DNA of 64,000 bases, taken from the sequence record PP886230.1, one strand, 5' to 3'. The position numbers and the translations under genes are program-made. How positions within the stretch are numbered: position 1 is the first letter of the stretch; each line of letters starts with the position of its first letter. A model generated the notes under the pieces. The model was not told where the DNA came from, searched no databases, and saw only the letters and a list, made by a program, of their open reading frames with translations. Positions 8,855-18,380 of the stretch are shown here, one piece after another.

Positions 8855-10594
8855 ATGAGTTGGAAACGACATATGACAGTGGGAAGGTCTAAACTATCGA
8901 CCATCCCAAATCAGTCCAGTAATAGCAATAAATCAACAGGAACGAAAACAAATTTCGCTTCCTATCTTCCTGTTGTATATAATGGATTGGCAAACCGTAC
9001 TGAGCGTTATAGTCAGTATGAGCAAATGGACCAAGATCCTGAAATTAGAACTGCATTGAATATAATTGCTGACTTTTGTACCCAAAGTACTGAAGATTTT
9101 GGTTTACCATATAAAATCAAATATAAAGATGACATTGGTGATACTGAAGTAACGACTATTGAAGATCGTTTAGATGCATGGACTGAACAAAATGATTTTA
9201 AAACACGAATGTATGAAATTGTGCGTGGTCTTCTGAAATATGGTGATCAATTTTTCATTCGAGATCCAGAAACATTCGATTGGTATTGGGTAAGCCCCAA
9301 AAATGTTGAGCAAGTATTTGTTAACGAAGCCACTGGTAAAACACCAGTAATTTATTATATACGTGACGTATCATTAAATTTGAAAGATAAAGTTTTTAGT
9401 AACCTTCAAGTAGGATTTGATAAAACCGCTTATCCAGGAGCTATTCCGACAACAATGGGTGGCGGTGGTTCAGTAGCTGCGGGTGGTGCATCTGGTTTTA
9501 CAAGTCAAGGAAATACTGCTGACCCATTCAGTACTAACGGTCAATTAGACGTTATTCCTGTTGGTGCAGAACACGTAATTCATCTAACGCTAAATACAGG
9601 ACAAGATGGGGTATGGCCTTTTGGTACTAGTATACTTGAGGACGTATTTAAAGTCTATAAGCAAAAAGAACTTCTGGAAGATAGTATCATAATTTATCGT
9701 GTACAACGTGCACCTGAGCGTCGTGTATTTAAAATTGATGTTGGTGATATGCAAGCACACCAAGCGATGGCTTATGTTGAAAGATTTAAAAATGAAATCC
9801 ACCAGCGTAGAATACCTTCAAACAAAGGTGGAAGTACTTCATTAATGGATGCAGCATATAATCCATTAAGCATTTTAGAAGACTACTTTTTCCCACAAAC
9901 TTCTGAAGGTCGTGGTTCAGATGTTCAAACATTACCAGGCGGTGATAACTTAGGACAAATTGATGACTTACGTTATTTTAATAATAAATTGATTCGTGGT
10001 CTTCAAATACCAGCTTCTTATCTACCACAAGGTCCAGATGATGGTGGTGTTTCATTATTTGGTGATGGTGCTACACAAGCTATGGCAAGTGAATTGCGAT
10101 TCAATAATCAATGTATGCGTTATCAACGTTTAGTTGCAAAACATTTTGATGCTGAATTCAAAAGATTTATGGTTAAAAATGGATATAACATTAGTACTTC
10201 ATCTTTTGAAGTTATTATGAATCCACCTATTAACTTAGCTTCTTATCGTAAAGCTGAACTAGATGCTAAACTAATTAATACATATCTTCCTCTTAATGAC
10301 TTGCCTTATATGGCGAAACAAACAATTCTTGAAAAAATGGGCTTTTCTAAAGCTGATATTGTTAAGAATGAACAAATGTGGTTACAAGAGAATCCACAAG
10401 ATGGTTCCCAACCTTCTGGTGGTGAAGAAGATTCCGCTGGATTACAGTCTGTTGGTATTGATGCTCCAAATGATCCTGGAATGGATCTTGGTATTGATGG
10501 AGAAGGTAATTTGGAAAGTGCTGATGCCGAATACCAAGAGCAACAGAGTGGAAGTGGTGGTTTCAACCCTAATAATTTAGGCAATTCTTTTTAA
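8855..10594 (+). CDS. gp20: Portal protein (gp20)
   Basis: LEDSIIIYRVQRAPERRVFKIDVG, EDYFFP...GRGSDVQTLPGG.NLG.IDD..YF..KL..L..P.S motifs of T4-type portals. Confidence 0.95.
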   Translation: MSWKRHMTVGRSKLSTIPNQSSNSNKSTGTKTNFASYLPVVYNGLANRTERYSQYEQMDQDPEIRTALNIIADFCTQSTEDFGLPYKIKYKDDIGDTEVTTIEDRLDAWTEQNDFKTRMYEIVRGLLKYGDQFFIRDPETFDWYWVSPKNVEQVFVNEATGKTPVIYYIRDVSLNLKDKVFSNLQVGFDKTAYPGAIPTTMGGGGSVAAGGASGFTSQGNTADPFSTNGQLDVIPVGAEHVIHLTLNTGQDGVWPFGTSILEDVFKVYKQKELLEDSIIIYRVQRAPERRVFKIDVGDMQAHQAMAYVERFKNEIHQRRIPSNKGGSTSLMDAAYNPLSILEDYFFPQTSEGRGSDVQTLPGGDNLGQIDDLRYFNNKLIRGLQIPASYLPQGPDDGGVSLFGDGATQAMASELRFNNQCMRYQRLVAKHFDAEFKRFMVKNGYNISTSSFEVIMNPPINLASYRKAELDAKLINTYLPLNDLPYMAKQTILEKMGFSKADIVKNEQMWLQENPQDGSQPSGGEEDSAGLQSVGIDAPNDPGMDLGIDGEGNLESADAEYQEQQSGSGGFNPNNLGNSF

Positions 10595-10595
10595 A

Positions 10596-10603
10596 CATAA
10601 ATA
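10596..10603 (+). promoter_or_regulatory. Late promoter CATAAATA
   Basis: Immediately after the portal stop, upstream of the 10668 gene. Confidence 0.55.
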
Positions 10604-10667
10604 ACAGTGTATAAGAATGAGGGTTTATTTTTACCCTCATTTATAATGCATATTTCAAGGAGATCAA

Positions 10668-10895
10668 ATGTTAAAGGACATCTTTGAATCTAGCAGTGAT
10701 TCAATGTACGACCCTGAAGATGATCAGAACGTATATAAAATTACTGATTCCAGAAAACCGAAACTAACATTACAAGTATTAAACAACTTAAGAAAGTACC
10801 GTGAATTTAAAGCACATGAAGAACAACGCCGCAAAAATGTGGTTGCAGTTGTTTATGCCGCTACACCAACTGGTGACGGTTCTGGGTTAATGTAA
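10668..10895 (+). CDS. Small head-module protein (hypothetical)
   Basis: 75 aa with AAGGAG RBS, between portal and prohead core genes. Confidence 0.7.
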   Translation: MLKDIFESSSDSMYDPEDDQNVYKITDSRKPKLTLQVLNNLRKYREFKAHEEQRRKNVVAVVYAATPTGDGSGLM

Positions 10896-10996
10896 ATCAA
10901 AAATCGCACTTTTTAAAGCTTTTAAAAAAGGCGATTTTATTCAGTACTAAATAATATCATACTTTATACGAATGTAATATATCTATGGAGGATATA

Positions 10997-11845
10997 ATGG
11001 CGAATTTAAAACTACTACAAGAAGCAATTGCGGCGTTTGCAAATGGCGAACAAGATATTGCTGATAAAAAAATGCGTAAGTATTTCGTTGAGCAAGCTCA
11101 AGAAATTAACAAACAACTAGAAGAAAGCATGGAAGATGAAGACGACGATGAAGATTGTGAAGTCGAAGTTAAAGTCAAAGATGAAGAAAAGCTTGACGAA
11201 GATTTTGATGTACAACCAGACGAAGGTCTAAATGCTGAAATCGAATACACCCTTGGTGAAGAAGATGAAAGTGCAGAAGAAGAAGTTGAATTCTCTGCTG
11301 ATGCAGATGGTGACGGTGAAGACGATGTTGACGTTGAAGTGAAAGCTGATGCTGATGTTCCTTCCGAAGACCAATGGGAATCAATCCAAGATGCTTTCCG
11401 TGGCCTACAACAAATGTTTGATGAAATCGGTGACGGTGAAGTTGATCTAGATTCTGAAGAAGAAGTAGAAGATAGCGAAGAAGAAGTTGGCGTTGACGGT
11501 GACGACGAATTTGCTGATGTTGAATTCGGTGATGAAAAATTCGGTGAATCCTTCAAACTAGAAAAAGTTGCTCCAGTTGATAAGAAAGAAAAAGCTGGCA
11601 CTCATTCCAAATCTCCAGTAGCACCAGAAGCTAAATCTCCAGTAGCAGGAGCAGAGCCAGTTAAATTCGCTAAGAAAACTGACCAAGCACCACTACTAGA
11701 CCTAGATGATAAATCTGTTCTACCAAAAGATAGTCTAGATCTTGGTAAAAATGCTCGCGGTGAAATGAAAGATGTTAAAGCACCAAAAACTACTGCATCT
11801 AATTCTAAATCACCACTAAGCAAAGCACAACCTAAACTAAAATAA
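10997..11845 (+). CDS. Acidic prohead core/scaffold-like protein
   Basis: GGAGG RBS before ATG 10997; very Asp/Glu-rich centre, Lys/Pro-rich tail; head-operon position. Confidence 0.7.
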   Translation: MANLKLLQEAIAAFANGEQDIADKKMRKYFVEQAQEINKQLEESMEDEDDDEDCEVEVKVKDEEKLDEDFDVQPDEGLNAEIEYTLGEEDESAEEEVEFSADADGDGEDDVDVEVKADADVPSEDQWESIQDAFRGLQQMFDEIGDGEVDLDSEEEVEDSEEEVGVDGDDEFADVEFGDEKFGESFKLEKVAPVDKKEKAGTHSKSPVAPEAKSPVAGAEPVKFAKKTDQAPLLDLDDKSVLPKDSLDLGKNARGEMKDVKAPKTTASNSKSPLSKAQPKLK

Positions 11846-11865
11846 ATATCTGAAAGGAGATCATT

Positions 11866-12489
11866 ATGAGTAGTATGATTCGTGAATGGTCTTCATTCAA
11901 TGATTCTAAAGTTGTTTTGGAACATCGTGATAATGGATTTGGTGGGCGTGACTGCTATCTTCGTGGTATTGCTATTCAAGCCGACCAACGAAATTTGAAC
12001 GAGAGAATTTACCCTTTATCTGAAATTACAAGGGCAGTAAATAACATGAACCAGCGTTTAGCTAAAGGTGAAAGCATTCTTGTTGAATGTGACCATCCAG
12101 AAACACTAACTATTAACCTAGACCGAGTAGCAGCAATGATTACTAAGGTTTGGATGGAAGGTGCTAATGGTATGGCAGAAATCAAACTACTTGATACTGC
12201 ACATGGTCAAAATATCCGTAAAATGCTAGAGGCTGGTGTAAAACTTGGTGTAAGTTCTCGCGGTTCCGGTAACGTTGATTATAATGGAATAGTTTCTGAT
12301 TTTGAAATTATCACTATTGATATTGTTGCTCAACCTAGTGCTCCAGAAGCATACCCAACAGCGGTATTTGAATCTCTGATGAGTAAGTACGGATCACCTT
12401 GTAATAGTTCTAAAAAAATCACTGAATCTAAAAAAGTAAATAATTTAGATTCTGAAATATACGATTTTTTCAAGAAATTAAAAGGTTAA
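11866..12489 (+). CDS. gp21: Prohead protease (gp21)
   Basis: N.N.RIYP, ECDHP (catalytic His), GVSSRGSG (catalytic Ser), DIVAQPSAPEAY. Confidence 0.95.
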   Translation: MSSMIREWSSFNDSKVVLEHRDNGFGGRDCYLRGIAIQADQRNLNERIYPLSEITRAVNNMNQRLAKGESILVECDHPETLTINLDRVAAMITKVWMEGANGMAEIKLLDTAHGQNIRKMLEAGVKLGVSSRGSGNVDYNGIVSDFEIITIDIVAQPSAPEAYPTAVFESLMSKYGSPCNSSKKITESKKVNNLDSEIYDFFKKLKG

Positions 12490-12500
12490 CATTTTAAAAA

Positions 12501-12508
12501 TATAAATA
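12501..12508 (+). promoter_or_regulatory. Late promoter TATAAATA (scaffold gene)
   Basis: Exact T4 late consensus upstream of 12556. Confidence 0.7.
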
Positions 12509-12555
12509 TCTGTATGTTGAAGTACAGATATTTCAGTACTTAAAGGAGAGAACGA

Positions 12556-13671
12556 ATGTCTAAATTAGAAAAGCTTCTAAAAGAATCATCTCTTTCTGAT
12601 GAGGCAAAACAGCTAATTCAGGAAGCATGGAATGAAGAAAAGAATACACTAGCCGCAGAGATGCGTGAAGAAATGAAAGGCCGTTATCAGCAAGATTTGG
12701 CTGAACTAACCGAAGGTTTGAATACTATGGTTACTCAAGTCATTGCTGAAGAAATGGGTGCTGTATATGAAGAGAAAAAACGTCTCGTTGAAGATCGTGT
12801 AACTCTACGTAAAACACTAAGCAATTTCTCTGCGTTTTCAAACTCTGTTTTGGCTGAAGAAGTTAAACAAATGCGTAAAGAACGTAAGCATCTTCATGAA
12901 TGCATGGGTAAATTCGTTAATTTTTCTAACGGTATACTAGCAGAAGAGCTAAAAGAATTCCACACTGAAAAACGTCAACTAGTTGAAACTCGCGTTAAAC
13001 TACTTGCTGAAGGTTCACGTCAAATTGCTGAAGCTCGTAATAACTTCATCAAACGTACATCTGAAAGTGCTGCTAAATATATTGCAGAAACCACTCAGAA
13101 GAATCTATATGCGTTGAAACAAGATCTAGTGGAAGCAAAACAAAATATGTTTGGTCGTAAAATCTTTGAAGCATTTGCTCAAGAGTTTAATGTCAAACAA
13201 TTTAATGAAAACTCATTGCTACGTTCCCTAACTGAATCAATTAAATCTAAAGAAGATGAAATTGCTCAAGTTAAGCAAGAACTACATGAAACTGCTAATG
13301 CGGTTAAAGCTGCTAAAACCAAACTACGTATTATGGAAGATGCACAAGCACGTAATGCGATTATGTCTGAACTAGTAAAACCACTAACTGCACAGCAAAA
13401 ACAAATTATGGAATCCCTTCTAGCTACTTCACCTACTGAAAAGCTTAAAGAAGATTTCAGCAAGTACCATAAGTCAGTACTTAACGGTACTAAAGTAAAT
13501 GAATCTGCTACCACTCGTCAAGCAGTTCAGTCTTCCGCTAAGAAAACTCTTGCAGAAGGTAAAGTAATCACTGGCAACCGTCAGGCTATTGTTGAAAGCG
13601 AAGAAATGACCGCTGACGATATGGCATTCCTAAAAGAACTCGATGTTCTTTCAGGTATCAATAAAAAATAA
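12556..13671 (+). CDS. gp22: Major prohead scaffold protein (gp22-like)
   Basis: Long coiled-coil protein between protease and major capsid genes; GRKIFEAF motif. Confidence 0.8.
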   Translation: MSKLEKLLKESSLSDEAKQLIQEAWNEEKNTLAAEMREEMKGRYQQDLAELTEGLNTMVTQVIAEEMGAVYEEKKRLVEDRVTLRKTLSNFSAFSNSVLAEEVKQMRKERKHLHECMGKFVNFSNGILAEELKEFHTEKRQLVETRVKLLAEGSRQIAEARNNFIKRTSESAAKYIAETTQKNLYALKQDLVEAKQNMFGRKIFEAFAQEFNVKQFNENSLLRSLTESIKSKEDEIAQVKQELHETANAVKAAKTKLRIMEDAQARNAIMSELVKPLTAQQKQIMESLLATSPTEKLKEDFSKYHKSVLNGTKVNESATTRQAVQSSAKKTLAEGKVITGNRQAIVESEEMTADDMAFLKELDVLSGINKK

Positions 13672-13709
13672 ACATTTTAAAGCATTTTAATAATCAAATT
13701 TTTCAGTTC

Positions 13710-13717
13710 TATAAATA
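13710..13717 (+). promoter_or_regulatory. Late promoter TATAAATA (major capsid gene)
   Basis: Exact consensus, inside an inverted repeat TTTTTCAGT/ACTGAAAAA. Confidence 0.75.
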
Positions 13718-13762
13718 ATATCATACTGAAAAACGAATATAACATCTTTAAGGAGATATATA

Positions 13763-14938
13763 ATGTCACAACTACTAAATGAATCCAAATGGGTAGCAGT
13801 AAAAGAGAAACTAGTTGAAGGTCTACAGGGTACTCGTAAGTCTGTAATGGAAACTGTTCTTGATAACCATCGTAAAGTTATGCTAACTGAATCCGCAACT
13901 TCTGGTGCAACTACCGCTGGTAACATCGCTACTCTAAACAAAGTGATTCTACCAATTATGCGTCGTGTAATGCCAACCGTTATTGCTAACGAAATCATCG
14001 GTGTTCAACCAATGACTGGTCCAGTTGGTCAGATCCACACCCTACGTGTGCAATATGCTGATAACGCACCTGGTGTTATCGCTGGTGAAGAAATGCTTTC
14101 TCCATACAAAATCGCTAAATCCTACTCTGGTGATCTAAATGCGGATAATAGCAACCCACAAGCTGCTCCTACTAGCCAACTAGAAGGTACTATGGGTCGT
14201 CGCGTTAACATCCGTATTCTACGTGAAACTGTTGAAGCGAAATCTCGTCGTCTATCTGCACGTTGGACTGTTGAATCTGCACAAGATGCTCAATCCCAAC
14301 ATGGTGTTGACGTTGAAGCAGAACTAATGGCTGCAATCGCTCAAGAAGTTACCGTAGAAATCGACCAAGAGCTACTAAGCCGTCTACGTGCACTACCTGG
14401 TGCTGCTGCTGTAACTTATGACCAATCTAAAGTTACTGGTGTTGCAACCTTCGTTGGTGATGAGCACGCTGCTCTAGCAACTCTAATTAACCGTCAAGCA
14501 AACGAAGTTGCTCGTCGTACTAAGCGTGGTGCTGCAAACTGGGCTGTTGTTTCCCCAACTGCACTAACCATTCTACAATCTGCTACTACTTCTAGCTTTG
14601 CACGTACCACTGAAGGTACTTTCGAAGCACCAACTAACGTTAAGTTTGTAGGTACTCTAAACAGCACTATGCGTATTTTTGTTGATACTTATGCAAGTGA
14701 TGCAGAAGATATTCTAATTGGTTATAAAGGTAATGCAGAAACTGATGCTGGGGTGTTCTATTGCCCATACATCCCACTAATGGCTTCCGGTACTGTAATG
14801 GACCCTAACACTGGGGAACTCGTGACCACATTCCTTACCAGGTATGGTTATGTACAATTGACTGATAGTACTTCTTCTCTTGGTAACGCTGCTGACTACT
14901 ACAGCAAAATCGCTATCAAAAACGTTACTTTCATGTAA
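13763..14938 (+). CDS. gp23: Major capsid protein (gp23)
   Basis: IIGVQPMTGPVGQI..LR, AKSRRLSARWTVESAQD...HG.D.EAEL, G.FYCPYIPL, TRYG; strong codon bias. Confidence 0.96.
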   Translation: MSQLLNESKWVAVKEKLVEGLQGTRKSVMETVLDNHRKVMLTESATSGATTAGNIATLNKVILPIMRRVMPTVIANEIIGVQPMTGPVGQIHTLRVQYADNAPGVIAGEEMLSPYKIAKSYSGDLNADNSNPQAAPTSQLEGTMGRRVNIRILRETVEAKSRRLSARWTVESAQDAQSQHGVDVEAELMAAIAQEVTVEIDQELLSRLRALPGAAAVTYDQSKVTGVATFVGDEHAALATLINRQANEVARRTKRGAANWAVVSPTALTILQSATTSSFARTTEGTFEAPTNVKFVGTLNSTMRIFVDTYASDAEDILIGYKGNAETDAGVFYCPYIPLMASGTVMDPNTGELVTTFLTRYGYVQLTDSTSSLGNAADYYSKIAIKNVTFM

Positions 14939-14981
14939 TTGTAATAGATTTAAAAGATTTAATCAAGAAATTAAAAACAAT

Positions 14982-15010
14982 AGGGACTCTTCGGAGTCCC
15001 TTTTCTTTTT
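14982..15010 (+). terminator. Intrinsic terminator after major capsid gene
   Basis: AGGGACTC-TTCG-GAGTCCCT plus T tract. Confidence 0.9.
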
Positions 15011-15076
15011 GTGTTGACACACCATCTTTTTTGTGTAATAATACGCGTACATTATAAATGAAGAAGAGGAATTTTC

Positions 15077-15997
15077 ATGAAACCAAATGAAGAAAAATTT
15101 ATTAATACAGTGAATGAAAAGTACGGTACTGGTGTGTATTTGTTTGATAAAATGGTATATATTAATGCTCATAAACAGGTTGAACTTTATTGTGTAGAAG
15201 GTGGTCATTATTTCAAAATCACTCCTATGCAAATAGTCCGACCTTCTGCAAAAGGATGTAACATTTGTCAAAAAAACACAGCATACACGACTGAAACGTT
15301 TATTGAAAAAGTTAAAACCATCCATCCAACATTGTCATTTGAGAAAACTATCTACAAAAAACAAAGTGACAGTAATGGGCGAGTCATCGTTACGTGTCAT
15401 AATGATCCGAATGATGTGCATGATTGGATTGTATCTGCCAATACTTTGTTAAGAGGTAAATCAGGGTGTGGTGTTTGTTCTGGTAAAGGCGGGAGGACAT
15501 TGGAGCAATTTGTCAAAGAAGCAAAAAAAGTACATGGTGATGATTATGATTATTCTGAATCATGCTATACTGGTAGTGAAGAATATATGGATATGAAGTG
15601 TAATAATTGCAATGAAAAATTCAAACAACAGCCCAAAGCACACCTTTCAGGACGCGGGTGTCCTAACTGTGGTAAGTATGGATACCAACCATCAAAACCT
15701 GGATATTTCTATGTACAAAAACTAACTAACAATAACAAGACGGTGTACAAATATGGGATCACTGGTGATATGAAACGCCGTGTCAACGAACAAAGCCGCA
15801 ATTCTGAGTTCGAGCATGAAGTACTTATAGAACGCTACTTTGAAGATGGCAATCAACCATTACTGTTGGAAAAGTTCATAAAGAAATACATTGAAAGTGG
15901 TGTTGTAAGTACTGAAGAGTTACCGTCAGGATTTACTGAAACATTTGATGCTAAGTATCTTGAAAGTGTTTTAGAAATTGTAAATACTTTTAAGTAA
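15077..15997 (+). mobile_element. Free-standing homing endonuclease-like gene: three Cys/His zinc-binding repeats plus C-terminal GIY-YIG-type domain
   Basis: Repeats F...K.H...Y.......C..H.......L.G.GC..C (DUF723-like) x3; YFYVQ...YKYGIT...R...E. Confidence 0.7.
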
Positions 15998-16020
15998 ACA
16001 ATCTAAAGGAGTTGACACGG

Positions 16021-16371
16021 ATGTTAACTGTATACAAATTTAACAAAGAAGAGTACTTAAAGAGTCAGTACTCAAATATAGAAATAAATGTTCCTTATGG
16101 TACGTTAGTTGGATATGATGAAGCCACTGAAACATTGTATTATAATGATGATAGATTGGATTATAGTTTAGATTCTTTCATAGAAGATATACTTAATACA
16201 CATACTGAAGATATGTTGTATGAAGAATACATAGATCATTATAGAGAACGTATGTCGGTGCTGCATTCTGATGCTCCTGTACTAAACATAGCACAAGAAC
16301 CATCGGAATTTCAGCCACATAATCCTTTTCAACGTTTAATTGATATTGGTTTAAAATTCACTATTAGTTGA
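16021..16371 (+). CDS. Hypothetical protein
   Basis: AAAGGAG RBS 9 nt before ATG 16021; 116 aa. Confidence 0.65.
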   Translation: MLTVYKFNKEEYLKSQYSNIEINVPYGTLVGYDEATETLYYNDDRLDYSLDSFIEDILNTHTEDMLYEEYIDHYRERMSVLHSDAPVLNIAQEPSEFQPHNPFQRLIDIGLKFTIS

Positions 16372-16410
16372 TAGATAAATATCTCCATATTAATGATGGA
16401 GATTGAATCT

Positions 16411-16719
16411 ATGTCACAGATATGTTATGTTATAATAAACTCTGCATGGCCTGACTATGTTAAGATTGGTTTCACTTCTAAATCTGAAATGACAGAGCGT
16501 TTGAGAACGTATCAGACAGCTACCCCGTTTCGTGATTTTGAAGTTTATCATGAAGTTCACTTTGAAGACGCACGTTTAGCTGAAAAAGAGATACATAAAA
16601 GGCTTAAACAAATGAATGCAACTAGACAACCAAACACAGAGTGGTTTAAAATGTCTAAAAAGATAGCAGCAAACATCATTGATTCTGTGTGGGATGATAT
16701 GGATAACGACTTGCTATAG
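16411..16719 (+). CDS. T5orf172-family (GIY-YIG superfamily) protein
   Basis: YVI......YVKIGFT....ERL..YQT..P.......AEK.IH..L......EWF. Confidence 0.8.
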   Translation: MSQICYVIINSAWPDYVKIGFTSKSEMTERLRTYQTATPFRDFEVYHEVHFEDARLAEKEIHKRLKQMNATRQPNTEWFKMSKKIAANIIDSVWDDMDNDLL

Positions 16720-16720
16720 G

Positions 16721-16728
16721 AATAAATA
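16721..16728 (+). promoter_or_regulatory. Late promoter AATAAATA (tail fibre)
   Basis: NATAAATA 32 nt before start 16760. Confidence 0.55.
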
Positions 16729-16759
16729 TAGTATATATTAATCATAAAGGGATTTATAC

Positions 16760-18370
16760 ATGAGCATAAGTTTTAATAACCCATTGGATACAATGACCAG
16801 TACTGGTGCTAATGGATCTTTAGAACTAATAGTGCTTGGTGGTACACCAACTAACCCAAGACCTATTCGTTTTAATTCGTCATCAGTTATTATACCAGTA
16901 CAAACGTTACCTACTGGTGAACAAGGTGCAATGGTTTTTGATCGAAACGAATTAGTTTTGAAGTATCATAACGGTACAAGTTGGATTGCAGTATATGATA
17001 CTGATACTATTTTGGAACCAATTAGAATTTCATTAGATGAAGTAAACAGAAAATTAAATTTAAAAGTAGAAAGTGTAACATACAGTAGTAGTACTGTTCC
17101 TAGTGCAAGTATTAGTGGAACAAACTTAAACATTGTATTCCCTACTGCTTCTAGTGGTGGTTCTGGTCCAACTGGTCTTTACACTTCACTTAAACCTGGT
17201 GCTATTACACAATATTCATTGACTTCTGGTCAATCTGTTGCTAGTATACGTGAACAAATGTCAGGGCAATCGAATGGACAAAGTGGACGAAACGGTTCAC
17301 AAGGTGCTCCGTGGAAAACGTCTGACGGTTGGTGTTTTGCTGATGGTATGTGGTGGCAATGGGAGGGGGAAAATGGTACAATTACCAAACAAGTACCAAA
17401 CCTTAACCAAAACGCGTATTTAAAAGGTATAACAACATCAGGTGTAACTAAAACTGATAGTGTTATTGGTAGTAGTGGTAACATTAGTGGAACTGTATTG
17501 AGTGTTGCCCAGTTACCATCACACTCATTTAGTTTTAGTGGAACCACTGGTGCTGCTGGTCGTCATGGTCATAGTCAAGCACTAAAAGGTATGGACCGTA
17601 GTGGTCTAAATGCGTTAACTTCAAGTAATGATAACGGTATACCAACTGTAATCAATAACATTAACGAAGCACCAGACCACATTCACTCATTTAGTGGAAA
17701 CACTAACACACTTGGTGGAAACCAACCACACTATCATGGTATTAGCAACATTGATGTGGAACACTTTAACGTTGCATACCTATATAACATTGCTGAATCT
17801 AACGTCGCATTGAGTGAAAAAGTTGCAAACACTCGTTATGTACTAAAAACTGGTGATACAATGACTGGTTCATTGACTATTGCAAACAGTGCGTCAATTA
17901 AGTCAAATGATACATCATTAGTTCTATATTTCCGTAACGCAAGCGGTGGTGAGCGTGCGGCAGTGTATCATAACTCTTCAAATAATACATTGAGATTACG
18001 TTCCGGTGGAGCAGAAGTTACTGTAAACTCTTCTGGTACTTTAGCTGCTCCATCATTAACTGTTTCTAACAACTCAGCTACTGTTGGTGGTAAAAATATT
18101 GTTCGTTCAATTAACGGTACTGCTGCTGATGCTAGTGGCAACGTTACTTTGCAAATTAGTACTAATAACGTACAAAGTATTCGTTTGAGTGCACGTATTG
18201 AAACAAGTAAAATACCTGATTCTTCATGGACATATACACCAGAAGGTGCATTTATGGATGGCGTATGGATTTCTGTTAATGGTAGTTCAGGCACTCACTT
18301 AGAACGAATTAGTTATCGCTATGTTCAAATGCAAATAAATGGTAACTGGGAAACAGTACGTCAACAATAA
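16760..18370 (+). CDS. Tail fibre protein with tail-collar domain and HxH fibre segment
   Basis: GWCFADG...VPNL collar motif, L...QLPSH.H..H.H.H repeats, C-terminal GGKNIVRSING..DASGNV..IRL..YRYVQ..INGNW.TV. Confidence 0.85.
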   Translation: MSISFNNPLDTMTSTGANGSLELIVLGGTPTNPRPIRFNSSSVIIPVQTLPTGEQGAMVFDRNELVLKYHNGTSWIAVYDTDTILEPIRISLDEVNRKLNLKVESVTYSSSTVPSASISGTNLNIVFPTASSGGSGPTGLYTSLKPGAITQYSLTSGQSVASIREQMSGQSNGQSGRNGSQGAPWKTSDGWCFADGMWWQWEGENGTITKQVPNLNQNAYLKGITTSGVTKTDSVIGSSGNISGTVLSVAQLPSHSFSFSGTTGAAGRHGHSQALKGMDRSGLNALTSSNDNGIPTVINNINEAPDHIHSFSGNTNTLGGNQPHYHGISNIDVEHFNVAYLYNIAESNVALSEKVANTRYVLKTGDTMTGSLTIANSASIKSNDTSLVLYFRNASGGERAAVYHNSSNNTLRLRSGGAEVTVNSSGTLAAPSLTVSNNSATVGGKNIVRSINGTAADASGNVTLQISTNNVQSIRLSARIETSKIPDSSWTYTPEGAFMDGVWISVNGSSGTHLERISYRYVQMQINGNWETVRQQ

Positions 18371-18380
18371 GGAATGTGTA

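Noticed and set aside
11100-11560. Acidic low-complexity repeats (GAAGAT/GACGGT-rich)
   Set aside because: Explained by the Asp/Glu-rich scaffold-type coding sequence, not a DNA repeat element
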